DNA of 64,000 bases from positions 126,728,001 through 126,792,000 of the forward strand of contig NC_043001.1 of assembly GCF_006345805.1 (NCBI RefSeq), in the 5' to 3' direction. The notes beneath the pieces are model-generated. The model was not told where the DNA came from and made no database searches. It saw only the letters and a program-made list of their open reading frames with translations. Shown one piece after another: positions 25,169 to 38,639 of this stretch; the stretch's first letter is position 1, and the number at the start of each line of letters is the position of its first letter. A program made the position numbers and the translations under genes. This stretch comes from Octopus sinensis (lineage: Eukaryota).

Positions 25169-25324
25169 TATTAGTTTTATACGATGAGAGCATGCCAGAC
25201 AGCATTTTTAACGCATCTGACGTCTCAGCACAATCTTCAGGCACTGAAGTGTCTGGAGATCGTGTTGAGATACCAGACGTGTTAAAAATACTGTCTGTCA
25301 TGGTCTCATCACATAAAACTAATA
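25169..25324. repeat. Imperfect 156-bp hairpin, probable old MITE
   Basis: Arms pair continuously to a TGAA loop; about a dozen mismatches, mostly transitions. Confidence 0.8.
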
Positions 25325-25685
25325 AAACTAATTGTGCTTTTGAGTGTTTACATACACACACACATACACACGCGTGCACACACACACACGCACACACGCA
25401 CACACGCACACACGCACACACACCACACACACACACATATATAGTCTACCGTTCCATGAAGGGAGGATCAACAAAAAAATGTACTCTATCCACTGAGAGA
25501 TAAGTGTCGTTTAATGTACACAGTATTAAGATAAGTGCTACTAATAGTGTTTTGCCGTGGAGATACAATAAGTAGGAAGATTTATATAAATGCACCTTGA
25601 GCCTGAATATTGAAGTTTGCATCCAAGGGGAAGAAATTATTAGTAGTTCTTGTTTTAAATATTGTGTACAGTTACTAGTAGTGTT

Positions 25686-25722
<37 letters not shown>

Positions 25723-25734
25723 ACACACACATAT

Positions 25735-25779
<45 letters not shown>

Positions 25780-25786
<7 letters not shown>

Positions 25787-27372
25787 GTATAAGGGTGAAA
25801 AGGAACACACGAGTTGATATATATGAAAAAACAAGTCAAAATAAAAATGCTAAAAATAATTTTATAGTGAACATTTCAGTACCGGTTTCAGTCATTTTGA
25901 GACCTTTTCAACTGTAACGATTAAATAATTAAATTTAGAAAAATTAGAAGAAAAAGTTTTTTTAAAGAATATTTCTATAGTAGTGTTCAGATTTAAGTGG
26001 CATTCTGCCTTTCTCTGACTCCCTTGTTTGCACTTGTGTGTTCGAGGTAGTTGTGAGTTCTTGGTAGGGTAGTAGAGGAAGAAGGCTGGTGAGGAAAGGG
26101 GGGTGGGAGAATCTGGGAGTGCCCTGATGGTCGTATTTTGAATGGTCAGTGGCGGCTGGCAGTCTCAGTTCAATTCAGGAGAATATTTATATTGACGGGC
26201 TTGTTTATAGAATTAGCGTAGGTGTTATACTAAAAAACATTAGTGACAAGTTAAGGGGTAGGGGTGGGAAGTAGAAGAAGAAGAAGAAGAAGAAGAAGAA
26301 GAGAGAGAAGGAGGAGAGAAGGAGAAGATGACGATGATGGTGATGGTGGTGATGATTATGACGACGATGATGATGATAATGATGATGATGAAGAAGAAGA
26401 AGAGAAGAAGAAGAAGAGGAGGAAAGGAGAAGAGGTGGATGGTGGTGAGATGATGACGACGATGATGATGATAATGATGATGATGAAGAAGAAGAGGAAG
26501 AAGAAGAAGAAAAAAAAACAGAGAAGGGAGAATATGAATGGGTGTAAGTATAGCTATGAAGGGGCTGATTAGTAATGGATTCTATGGAGTGTAGTATTGT
26601 GTGTGTATATATATTTTTTTCCTTTTATTCTAAAGTTGAGGTATATTAATTGTTTGTCGTAGACCGTTAAGAAGTGGCTTGTATTTTGTAATAAAGAGAT
26701 TTTCTTTACTTATTCGTTGTCTCGAGGTTGTATCGTCCCTAAATTGGTAGAGGGGGAAAATTCTGAAGTTTGGTGTTTTTTTGTTGGCGCAAGTATCTAT
26801 GTGTTGGCTAAAAGCTATTTTTCTGTTTGGGGAATTTTTATCTGGGATCTGTGCAGGGCCATTCGTTTACGCAAGCCATTATTTGTTTGGCCTATGTACT
26901 GCTCTTGACACCCGGAGCAGGTTAGTGAGTATATTAGGTTCTCCGAAGCACATGTGAAGTTGCTTTTCACTGTAAACCGTTGTCCCTGTTTGAAGGAGAA
27001 CTCAGAACCCTCGATTAGATAGTCGCATATCCCGCAATTGGGTCTTCCACATTTTTTTACTGTCGGCTTCTGTGTTGAAGAGTGAATTCGGGCTTGTGTA
27101 AGGAGACTTTTCATGGATCTAGGCTGTCTTTTGCTTTTTATGATCGTGTGTGTTTGGAGGATTGTGTTCATTCTGTGGTCTTTTTTTAGGAGGGGTATGT
27201 TGTGGAGGATGGTGTCGAAGGCTTCGTTAATGAGAGGGTTGTGTGTGGAGATGTGTGGTAAGGCTTTTGGTTGTAAGTTTTTCTTTGATTTGGGATGTCT
27301 CAGTTCCTTGATGTTAAGTTGAAGGGCACGTTGAATGCACTTGTCAATAAGTGAAGGTGGATAGTTCCTGGT
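25780..27372 (-). mobile_element. Second Penelope-like family, 3' fragment (GIY-YIG plus 3' UTR)
   Basis: CGRPNCGIC...NLIYSLTCSGCQEQYIGQTNNGLRKRMALHR in ORF 26815-27468; trinucleotide-rich UTR; terminal HHR. Confidence 0.9.
25877..25914 (-). ncRNA. Hammerhead motif with U3-A8 core variant
   Basis: CAG-TTGAAAA-GGTC(TCAAAAT)GACT-GAAA-CCGG-TA-CTG. Confidence 0.65.
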
Positions 27373-27667
27373 GATATATATATATATATATATATATAGT
27401 AGAAATATGTTACGAAAAGAAAATATAAAATATACGTTGAAATGTAAGGGTAAAATATGAAAAATCAACGAAAATGCATATTGCAGATAGAAAAAGGCTA
27501 TTTATGACAGGTAGTGACAAATATATACATTTAGATTGACTGAGGTAGTAATACGAGTCATAAAAGTCATTATTATGAGATGATTATAAGATGATAATAA
27601 AGTAAGAGAACAAAACGAACCAGTGGTTTACGCGAAGGCTATTCATCGTCAGATGAATATAGATGTG

Positions 27668-27769
<102 letters not shown>

Positions 27770-28253
27770 AACCAATATAACATCAGATTACGCTACTCCG
27801 CCTTGAAAAAGTAAGAATGCAGTTGGTATACAAAATGCAAGAGAAGTGCTGCTGGAATGCTAGCTTTTGACAATAAGTCGTTTGTAACAGATATGTTCTG
27901 AAATTAAACGAGAAAAGATCGCATTCAGAAGATGAGAGTGGGAAAATGTTGAAATGTTAACGTACTTAGGAATGATGTTGTTTGAAAGCAAAAAGAAAAC
28001 AGAATAGATAAAAAAAATGCTGCAATACTGTAATATGACAATTCATTAATGAAAGTGGATTAAATACGAAAACTATCTGTTCTTCAATATAAAATGACAG
28101 AGAAGCTGTTTCTGTACACACGTATATACACACGTACATACACAGACTTACATGTATGTATGTATGTATGTATACACACATACATATACATACATACATA
28201 CACAAACACGCACACGCACATATATATATATTATATATGTGTGTGTGTTTATA

Positions 28254-28328
<75 letters not shown>

Positions 28329-28350
28329 TATATATATATGTATGTATATA

Positions 28351-28420
<70 letters not shown>

Positions 28421-28421
<1 letters not shown>

Positions 28422-28580
28422 GACGAGCTTCTTTAAGTTTCCGTCTAGCAAATCCACGCACAAAGCTTTGGTCGGATCGAGACTATAGTGGAAGATACTT
28501 GCCCAAGGTGCCGCGGAGTGGGACTGAACCCGCAACCATGTGGTTGAGAAGCAAGCTTATTACCATACAGCCACACCCAT
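28421..28580 (-). mobile_element. SINE family A, 5' half
   Basis: Reverse complement of head: GGTTCAGTCCC...GGCACCTTGGGCAAGT...GACGGAAAC. Confidence 0.85.
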
Positions 28581-28625
28581 CTATATCTATATCTATCTAT
28601 ATATATATATATATATATGTGTGTT

Positions 28626-28658
<33 letters not shown>

Positions 28659-29296
28659 ATGTAAGTATTATGGTTGGTTGGATGAATGGATGGATGATAG
28701 ATAGATGACTAGCTGACTAGCTACATAGGTAGCTAGACAGAGACAGACAGACAGACAGACTGACAGACAGGCAGATAGATGGATAGATAGATAGATGTGA
28801 ATTAATAACTAGTTATTTTTGAAACGTAAATTTCCAAGAGTCGCCATAGGTTGCCTGTAGGAAATTAAATGTGAGGACACGAACAGAATGAGAGATTGTC
28901 ATGAACGGGATGTAGATGGGTGTGACGAAGAGAGAAATTATATCCGGGTCATGCAAACCAATGCGCAGAACCAATTAGTTATCAGATGAAGAGTCGTCTT
29001 TTGTGTGAATGGAAAACACCACAAAATTGCATTCATTGACTCTTTATTAAAGCAAACACCGAGAGAAGCGATAGGTTGTACCATTGCATAATTAAAGTGA
29101 TATAATATGTCGTGTACTTGCTTGATTGCAAACAGACACGCAGATAAAGGAAAACATACACATGCGCAGGCGCGCACACAGACACATACAGAAATATATT
29201 CGTACACAAATATATTCATAGAGTATACAGAAACTATGACTGACTTCGAAGTTTCGTCGGCTCGATGTCGAAAAAATGTTATCTGCTTATGATCTC

Positions 29297-29665
29297 GTAA
29301 AGCGGCTCTCAATTTCTGGTATAAAGAGAACCAGAGCTCTTAAGGCATTAGAAGAATCAACCGAGAAGGGTTCAAATTGGATCTGGTCTGGGAGGAATGG
29401 CAAGGAATTTCAACATGCATAATTTAACCTACAATCAGCTAATGTCTCCGACTAAACTGGTTACAACACTTTTGAATCTGGGACACTTTGACCATCAAGA
29501 AGATTTGCAAGGCGGACAATAGCACAAAATGAGGCAGCAGAGAGGTATCTGGGTGTCATATCCAGCATGCTGCCCGGCTCCTCAAAGTGTAAAGTGTTAA
29601 GGGCTGAAACACCTGCATGGGGGGAAGCTTCTTCTCTGAAGACCCTCTGCTATTCAGATCTCCCT
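29297..29665 (+). mobile_element. HERO-like (restriction-endonuclease) LINE C-terminus plus 3' UTR
   Basis: 29297-29422 reads VKRLSISGIKRTRALKALEESTEKGSNWIWSGRNGKEFQHA*, resembling the recalled HERO terminus (E..S.W[IL]W..R); UTR contains GTGTA...GAAACACC...CTGAAGA. Confidence 0.6.
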
Positions 29666-29774
29666 AGAATTTCATAATATCATATGAAAAGATGAAACTG
29701 ACGTAAAGAAATACATTATATAAAAAATAAGATGCTTTAAAGTCCTAGTCGTATTTTATTTTGCTATCTAATAA

Positions 29775-30190
29775 ATATTAGTTCTCCTTCGGCTGTCCGT
29801 CTTAGATCGACATTGACTGTTCTTGTTCAGCAATCACCTCTTGCAGGCTCGCCTGCTCTTGATCTGCAGCAGCAATGGAACTTCAGGTGAAGATACTTGA
29901 TGCAACGGAGAAGTGATGCCTCCCACGTGCTCTTTCGTATTTTTTCTGTTGTTCCTGCTCAATGGCTGGAATTATGAGCTTCAGTGACTGGTGGCATTCA
30001 ACGCACCGCAGGGTCTTCTTCCTCGGGTGTCTGAAAAGACGCCGGAGTTCTTCATATGTCCGTTCAGCACATCCCTGTATAACAATCTCCAGTCACAACT
30101 CCTTCACCTGCCCTGGCGCAATTCAGCTTAAAAGCCTGCCTTTAGGAGCCTGTCGCCTTCCTGCAAACATGTCCAGCGCAGCTGCTATGA
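29775..30190 (-). mobile_element. RTE-clade LINE 3' remnant
   Basis: Interrupted QLRW...AELRQG...RLLYRDVLNGHMK, resembling RTE QLRWxGH...ELxxG...RYKDxLK. Confidence 0.6.
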
Positions 30191-31948
30191 GGATTAGAGA
30201 GCCTCCACATCTATATTTAATTTTAATTTCATTTGCACTTTATTCTGTTTGCACTTATATTTATTTCTACTATTTACAGAGGAAAATGTATATTCCACTT
30301 ATTGCATTCCTCAGTTACTATCAATTATAGTAATTCATTATCTTCTACCAACATCAATTATAAAAACTAAACATTTCTAACAAGCGCTATCTATGAAATC
30401 CTGAAATTTTACCAACATTATTAATTAGAAAATCAGGAATATCTTTAAAAAGAGAAACTGATTTATTACATACACATTATATCAGGTGTAACAAAAATTA
30501 TCATAAAATGTTCAACATACAGAATTTTAGCAATTTTTTTTCATTATGTATATAAATAAAAGTGAAATTCTGTCTGTTCGGGACCCCTGAATTTCAATCT
30601 ACATCTGCTCAGCATAGACATATCCCTTTTTAGAATCAGGATGACCCCGGGATTGAAGATCTGACTTTCATTTGGTTCTTGAACATGCAGTATTGCGATC
30701 TGATGTAAGAATATTTGGGCTGCTATTTCTAGCAGGTAAAGTGCTTAAGAGGTCGCAAATGGTTTACAAGTGTTACTTTCCTTAGCTGTAATAATAAACG
30801 CGACATTCTGTGTTAGAAAACTGAGCAAAGCGTTTTGAATTTAACATCAAAACTTTGTGACAGTTACCTCCGTTACCTACAATAATACAATTAACAAGAG
30901 ACAAGGACGAGAATTCAAAATTGTTAGACCTCACCACAGTGCTTTTCTCATGATCAGCTCTATGTTCGTTGTTCTAGAGTTGGAAATGGCAACAATCGCT
31001 TCGTACTAACACCAAATAGTAAAACTAAGAATGTTGTTAATCCTGCTGCTTTACAGTGATCTCCAAATGTCACAGTGGTTCGAATTTCTCCAAATGTGAT
31101 ACTCTGTAATATAAATCTGAGATGGTAGGATATCAATATATGTTTTATTATCATTGCGCAAGAACTAGCTTAAAAGTCTGCATGGAGTGCGGCTTTTTGG
31201 CCCGTAGAAAATAAGAATATGACGTTTGTTCTATGACATAACGTTCGCCCTTCGTTGCCCTGGCCTTCATAATTGAAAAATTAAGTCAAAAGATTCACAG
31301 CTAACGGTGTTACATGAGGAATCGTCATCTAATGACGTCCTAATATTTTTTGAGACTGTTAAGATGTTATTTGGAGAATGTTTCCCTGCCTTTCCTAGCT
31401 TGTTCAGGTACCCTCATTAGTAGAGTGTCTGCGCTGTTCGTTTTGTGTGTAAGTAATAAATAATGTTTGTTTTGCTTGTCGCCTTTTAATGTGCACACTG
31501 TTCCAGGTGATAAAACTTTAGAACTGCTTATTTATTTAATAAACTCTTGTATTTTTTGCTTTGGTTATATTTAAGTGAGAGACTGTGTGGGCGTGGGGTT
31601 ATATTTTTCGTTTTATTTCCTGTTGTTGGATATAGTATTTTGTTGTTTATGAAATTTTTCTATCCGAGTAAGAAGAAAACGAATGTTTTGCATGTAACTA
31701 CGTGTGCCTTTGTCAGTGTTTTAGTGTGTGTTACTGCGTTGGTGTTATTATTTATATAAGTTTCTATGTCTGCGAGTGTTTGTCTGTGTCTTATTGAGTA
31801 TGTAGGCGTGAGTTAGCGAGTTACTACGTTTTAGTACACGTAATTTTGCAGCAGATGCTGGAGATCTAAGAATGTTAATTGTCATCATGACTTTTATTTG
31901 TGTTACGATGAAGAAATATTATTACCCTATTGATAATATAAATTGCAG

Positions 31949-31994
<46 letters not shown>

Positions 31995-32509
31995 TACACG
32001 CATACACGCACACTCACACAATCACAAACATACATTCATACATATGTAACATTATGAATCGTTTGTGCATTCAAGTATCTGTGTGTGGGTGGGTGTGAGT
32101 GCCTGCGTGTGTGTGTGTGTGTGTGTGTGTGAGTAAAAGAGAGAGAGAGTGTGTGTGTGTGTGTGTGTATGTAGCATATTTCAGCTTCTACTCTTTACCT
32201 CTACATACATTGCCACCAGGCAATTGTTTTACCTTCTCCTGAAACAGAGGTAATTTCAATAAGTCAAGAATTTATCTTGTATGCTATGTAATAACCCTTA
32301 TTCGTCTTTATTGTTCAAAACACGTGACACTTATTACTCTATAGTATTTCATTAGGCTCACTTTCCTTTTCATTTATACTAATTTTCTTAGGCTATTAAT
32401 GCTTTCAACTCTTTTTTTTTGTACTATCTAAGTATATTTGTTTGTCGGATGCAGATTACGAAAACTGCTTTTAACACCTATCGAGACACAAATATATGTA
32501 TCCATAGCG

Positions 32510-34959
32510 CAGGGGTTCTCAACCATCGTTTATCTATGTACCCCTTTGATTACTATTTTATTCTGATGGACCCCCACAGTCATTCCATATAAAAAAACTA
32601 GTTTCATAGAAACCTCTACTGATATTAACCCTTTTCTGCTTTTTAGGTAAGTAGAATCGTGCTTCTCCTGCCCTTGGGTGAAGTCCTCCATTCATATCGA
32701 AATCCTTTCTAGTTCTTCAGTCTAGATTTGCTAATTCAGTTTCTGTCCAATCCACAAAAGCTGCTGAGTATCTAAGTAATGATACTGCCCAAGAATTTAC
32801 AGCCTTCACTAGATTCGGACCATTTAGCTTTGATTTCATTATATTCCTCACACTTCTGATGTACTCCTTCTCAATTTTCGTTTTCATTTCTATAGTTAGT
32901 AATCTGTCAGATTCTAAAACTCCTAGATACTTATAATGATTTTAATGTCTGACCATCTGGTAATTGGATGCCTTCACTGTTGACTACTTGTTCCCTTTTC
33001 ATGACATATATTGCATACTTTTCTATGCCAAATTCTTGCCTATATCTTTGCTGAAGTGCCTTACAGTCTGTATTAAAGAATCTATCTCTTCTTGATTCTT
33101 GCTCAAAAGCTTCAGATCATCCATGACGAGCAAATGGTTAAGTTTTCCCTTACTATTTCTGAAGTGATACTCTTCATTTGCCTTCCTTAATACTAAACTG
33201 ATGGGGATCAAACTTAAAGAGGTGGTGGTTCGGAGCACCACCTCTTTAGGGTGGCCCCTAATCCAGTTGATAGTCTTTACAGAAGTGTCGATGACTTTTT
33301 TCAAATTTGGAGGCAATGTTTTCAACGTCAAGGCATGACGATAAAAGAAACAGTGAGTGCCTTGTAAGTGCGGATTCTCCCGCTTCATCAGCGTAAAAAA
33401 TCCAGATTTATTTCCTAGCATAGCAGGGACAGCGTCAGTATACATAGAACCAATAATTTGGATAGCTAATTCATGCTTTGCAAAAAGTTTTTCACAAACT
33501 GGAACATATTTTCTCTTTTCGTGGTTGTTATCAGATCTTCACAGAAGTGGAAATCTTTCTTTACGGCACCAAGATGGACGTACATCACTAATGCGATGAG
33601 TTGTTTGCGACTTGAAACATCAGTTGTTTCGTACAACTGAAGAGAAATTTTCAAGGGACTAATCTTGACATATGAGATAACTTGACCCAAAATATCCGAA
33701 CTCAAATCACCAATTCGTCTCTGAATAACATTATTTGATAGCGGCGCTAATTCCAGCTTCTTCCTTGCTTCTTTTCGCAGAATAAATGTTGCCATTTCTA
33801 ATGCACATGCTTTGATAAGTTCTTCTCCAATTGTATAGGGCTTCTTCGACTTGGCTATTTTATACGACACTTGGTATGAAGCCTCCAGCAGTGGATTGTC
33901 AGCAGATATAAAACCTAATTTTGGAAAGGTTGCTCGAGAATCAAAACGGGCTCTTGTAGCTTTTCAACGGCTCTTCAACATCATGGGCTACAGCATCGGC
34001 TCCACCATGCCAGTTGATGAAGTGTTCTTACAGCTTAGACGGTTTCACATTTGCGTTGGAAAACACTGTGTCACAAAGTATGCACTGTGGTCATTGCAAA
34101 TCCTCAGTTTTTCCCGTGCAAGTCAAACCAAAATGCACATAGTCATCATTCCATTTCCTTTTTTTTTCTTGTTTTGAGGTGATGAAGAGTTAATATGATT
34201 AAATTATGATCTGAAAAGGAAATAAAAATATGGATAAGGTCGATTGGAAGAAAAACGGGAAATCTAACACACTGACAATAATACTATTATATCCAAGAAT
34301 AAGTATGATAATAATACTATTAATAAAAAGACAAAAAACTGCTGGCTTTCAATTCCCTAATCTAACGGGCTAGACTAAATTTGAACACACAAAAATGGTT
34401 AAGAGCTATGTTACTCACAATTATATAATATTCAAATTGATACCACAGCATTAATTTCACGTCTGCTTCATATATTTTCACAATTACCTGGTCTTTAATA
34501 AAGATACCTTTTTCACAAAATGAACACATAACAAAGTTATCGTAATCAGCCGTATAGGTAAATGATTTTTTAAAAAGTTGTGAAACAATATTCACGACTG
34601 AATTATGATAACTGTTATTTGCAAGTCACGTTGTAAATGTAATTTCCTCAAACATGTGTGATCAAAGGCGTTCGGTATGCTGTACCTTCACGACAATCGT
34701 TTTTCGCACTTTGCTATTGTTAGCTGTAAATCGATTTGCCAATGTGTTTTTCTGGAGACAGCCAGATATCACGATATATTATTTCCTCCTTTTCTTGACA
34801 AAACATTTACGTTTTCTCTTACAATTTGTTGCAAGAGAAAACGGAAAAAACTACAGGAGAGTATTATACAAATTAAGTGCCTGGTTGCAAGGCTGGACAT
34901 GGCTGGAATGCTGTCTCGCATTCCTTGGGGGTGCGAGCACCCCTAGTTGGGAAACACTA
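32510..34959 (-). mobile_element. hAT (Buster/Charlie-type) transposon remnant, composite
   Basis: Ends CAGGGGTTCTCAACC and AGTTGGGAAACACTA; transposase pieces KPYTIGEELIK, PLSNNVIQRRI, THCFFYRHAL (33225-34190); flanking 8-mers both fit NNNTANNN but differ, so the ends may come from separate insertions. Confidence 0.8.
32640..33225 (-). mobile_element. R4/Dong-like LINE RT fragment inside the hAT interval
   Basis: LSLIPISLVLRK...NHLLVMDDLKL...YKYLGVLES...AVNSWAVSLLRYSA. Confidence 0.8.
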
Positions 34960-35104
34960 GTCTAAAAGGAACAATAGGCGATTGGGGCCCAATTTCTTTA
35001 AAAGCAACTGAAACGATTTATACGATTTTAAATATCGTATAATTGTGGGAAACAACTTCAATGTTTATGTGCTTCTAAAGTGTTTAATGATCGAACGTTT
35101 CCAG

Positions 35105-35259
35105 GAATGGGTGTGTGGTAAGTAGTTTGCTTATCAGCCACTTGGTTCTGGGTTCAGTCCCACTGCGTGGCACCTTGGGCAAGTGTCTTCTACTATAGAC
35201 TCGAGCCGACCAAAGCCATGCGAGTGAATTTGGTAGACGGAAACTGAAATAAGCCCGTC

Positions 35260-35332
<73 letters not shown>

Positions 35333-35481
35333 TGTATGTTTGTGTGTCTGTGTTTGTCACCCCATCATCGCTTGACAGCCGATGTTGGTGTGTTTACTCC
35401 CCTAACTTAGAGGTTCGGCAAAAGAGACCGATAGAATAAGTACTAGGCTTACAAAGAATAAGTTTTAGGTTCGATTTGTTC
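35105..35481 (+). mobile_element. SINE family A, 3'-truncated at the LINE boundary
   Basis: Head and body match 19803-20200; tail is replaced by LINE sequence. Confidence 0.85.
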
Positions 35482-36640
35482 TCAGATCGCAGAGAACCAT
35501 GCCATGGTCTGAGAGAAGTGGTGTTTTTCCACTGCAATATTGAGGATAGTGTCACTGTGGTTACTGGTCCAAGGGGTTTTTGTGACACCATGTTGGTTCA
35601 CGAACAATTTGGGCCAGGAAAAACTCATCCCTGAAATCAAAAATCAATTCGATTGCTTCTTTATCAGGGGGTGAGGCGGAAAAACCTGGTTTTAAGCTAT
35701 TTGTGGACCAATCAACACTGGGAAGGTTGAAGTCACCCATCATTAATATGCTGTCAGCATGATACTCATGGATGAATCACTTAATACTGTTGAGGCATTC
35801 CTTGAAGCGTAGAAAAGGAGTTAGGGGTGGCCTATAGAGCCCAACTATTATTAAATTTTTGGTTTCACTAAACACAAAAGCAGCTTCACAGTAGCCGTTG
35901 GTAAATACGTATATTGCTTCAGCCGAAATAAGAATTGTGCACGAAAATGGCGGTCCCACCCTTTCTTCTGCTGACACGATCTGCACGGATGGCTGTAAAA
36001 TTCTTCACTCTCACCTCAGCTTTCAAGTGGAGGTTATTGAGATGGGTCTCTGTGAGGACGAAAAAAAGGGATATGGTGTGGATGGTCATTAACCCAGTCC
36101 TCAATAAATTGGATCTTTCATTTTTGAGCAGTGGTGGAAGTGGTGATGCCTTTTGCATTGAGCAAAAATGTTGAAGCGATAGTGGTGACTGATTCTGACT
36201 GTTTTGGTGATTTGCTTGTTAATGGAAGCAATGGGAGTTTGTGCGATAAGGTGGTAGTGGGGGTGGTCGCGTGTGAAGGTTACAACGTTCTTTTGTAGCT
36301 CTTTTGCCAGATTCATAATGGCCATAAAAGAATTATGTTTGGAGAACTGGAAATGTTTGTGGCTGTGGGTTTTGTATTGGTTAGGGGTTTCGTTTATATT
36401 TTTATTTGTGCGAGACGAGTCCCCGGGAGATGGGTAAATGGACAATTATGCTGTAGACATAATCTGTTAGACTGGGAATAGCGGCAGACTCTAGGGTTCC
36501 GTGTAACATGAGTGTTTTTTTCCAAATTTGATTTAGTAATTGGTGAGAGTGATGGCAGTGGAGGTAGAGGCGTTGTTTTAGATTGTGCATTTTGATGGTA
36601 ACGGCTGTTGTGACTAGGAATTGAGCTTTTAGTCCCTGGT
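35482..36640 (-). mobile_element. CR1/L2-group LINE, 5' part (ORF1 remnant plus APE endonuclease)
   Basis: LTETHL...RADRVSRRKGGTAIFV, IIVGLYRPP and MGDFNLPSVDW in consecutive minus-strand frames. Confidence 0.85.
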
Positions 36641-37529
36641 AAATGAGTGTTATGTATATTTGAATAATTTACAGAGAGTAGAATAGAACATCTTTTTTAA
36701 GTTACCTATGTTACATCATAATTTATATAATCTAGCAAATACTGATATGTTATGCAGTAATCGTTACGTAGACGATTATATAATAAACATTTAAATACCA
36801 GATCTAGAGAAGAGAATAAAAATTGAATCAATTATAAATTACCACCAGCGGCTGATTGATAGTGCTGAGATAGAATTGTGTGTAAACTTCTTTATACAGC
36901 AGTAAAGAAAAGAAAAACAAATATTTTATTAGCGAAAGAAAAGGTAGGAATATAATTGTGGGGATGATGTAAGAATAAAAGGTGAACTCCCTAAGTTGTC
37001 ATAGATCAAAGAATATTTGAAGTTAGCATGATAGTTGGCAGTAGTAGTGAAATCAGTCAGGTTCTTGGTTAGCGAAACGCAGCCGCATGTACCTATACAC
37101 ACGTATAAACACGCACACACACACACACACAAACACACACACTCACACACACTTATATACGGGTATATGACTTTTCATCTTTTCTGTAACTACGCACACA
37201 CGTGTGTATTTAGACGTTTAAGACTATATCTCCACACACCTACGAAAGGTGATTGACCTTTTCCTTAAACATCCTGACTACAGTATTGCTCTTTAAGCTG
37301 CAATGCTGGTAATAAAGAAGCGAAGAAGAAAAGGCGGCTGCTTTTCTTAATGGCTTTTCTGTAAGCAATCGGATGTCACATCCTTATATGTGATGTTCCT
37401 TGGGGAAACTATGAGGTAGTCTATTCGAAGCTTTGATTCTTATTATAAAAAGACGTGGATATGTAGTCTTAGATATAGGAAAACGAGAAAGATTTCCTCA
37501 CACGATAAGCTTTCTCATTTCCCTATATC

Positions 37530-37760
37530 TAATCTTATTTCTTTACTACCCACAAGGGGCTAAACACAGAGAGGACAAACAAGGACAGACAAAGAGATTA
37601 AGTCGATTACATCGACCCCAGTGTGTAACTAGTACTTAATTTATCGACCCCGAAAGGATGAAAGGCAAAGTCGACCTCGGCGGAATTTGAACACACAACT
37701 TAACGGCAGACGAAATACGGCTACGCATTTCGCCCGGCGTGCTAACGTTTCTGCCAGCTC
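37530..37760 (-). mobile_element. SINE family B, full length
   Basis: Colinear with 4103-4324. Confidence 0.88.
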
Positions 37761-38152
37761 GCCGACTTGTTTCCCTATATTAATCTATTGGCAGTCTTAC
37801 CAATTTCAGGTTATCCGGGACTGTGCTTTTATTGAAAGCACGTCCCACTGTCTCAATGCTTCCACTTTATGCTATGTAAGCTACAGTTCTTTGTTTTTTC
37901 AATGCTGGAAGTGGGTGCTATTTGTTTGTTGCTGTGAGTAGAGTTACGTATTTAGTTTGTTTGACGTTGTTGGCTTTGCGTGTTTGTCTGCTGGTTAATC
38001 TCTGCTGTGTTCGCTTCTCTGTCTTCGTTTTGTTTCTGTCGGTGGAAATAGTGGTAGTGATAAGTCTACATGATGTGGAATTATTATTTTGGGGGATCAA
38101 TTTGCTATTACTGTCGTTTTGTGTTTATTCTATATATATATATATATATATA

Positions 38153-38327
38153 TTACTCTTTTACTTGTTTCAGTCATTTGACTGTTGCCATGCTGGAGCA
38201 CCGCCTTTTAGTGGAGCAAATCGACCCCAGGACTTATTCTTTGTAAGCCTAGTACTTATTGTATCGGTCTCTTTTGCCGAACCGCTAAGTTGTTAAGCGA
38301 TGTTGGGGGAACAAACACAGACACACG

Positions 38328-38377
<50 letters not shown>

Positions 38378-38542
38378 CTCACACACACACACACATATAT
38401 ACATATATACGACGGGCTTCTTTTAGTTTCCGTCTACTAAATACACTCACAAGGCTTTGGTCGGCCCGAGGCTATAGCGGAACTGAACCCGGAACCACGT
38501 CGTTCGTAAGCAAGTTACTTACCACACAGCCACTCTTACGCC
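38153..38542 (-). mobile_element. SINE family A, near full length
   Basis: Reverse complement of 43625-44015 with a small internal deletion. Confidence 0.88.
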
Positions 38543-38615
<73 letters not shown>

Positions 38616-38639
38616 AAATAGAAAAGGAATAAGCGAAGC

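Noticed and set aside
25070-25480. ~40-bp similarity between 25072-25110 and 25440-25478 (ATAGTCTAC...GATCAACAA)
   Set aside because: Short and diverged, no further units; probably two remnants of one repeat end
26264-26572. Arg/Asp/Glu/Lys-rich ORF
   Set aside because: Trinucleotide repeats on the antisense strand of the PLE 3' UTR
27615-27660. CTGACGA...AAACCACTGGTT hammerhead-like words on minus
   Set aside because: GAAA not intact and stems I and II cannot be paired
32502-34967. Single intact hAT insertion with target-site duplication
   Set aside because: Flanking 8-mers CCATAGCG and GTCTAAAA differ, and the interior is interrupted by LINE sequence
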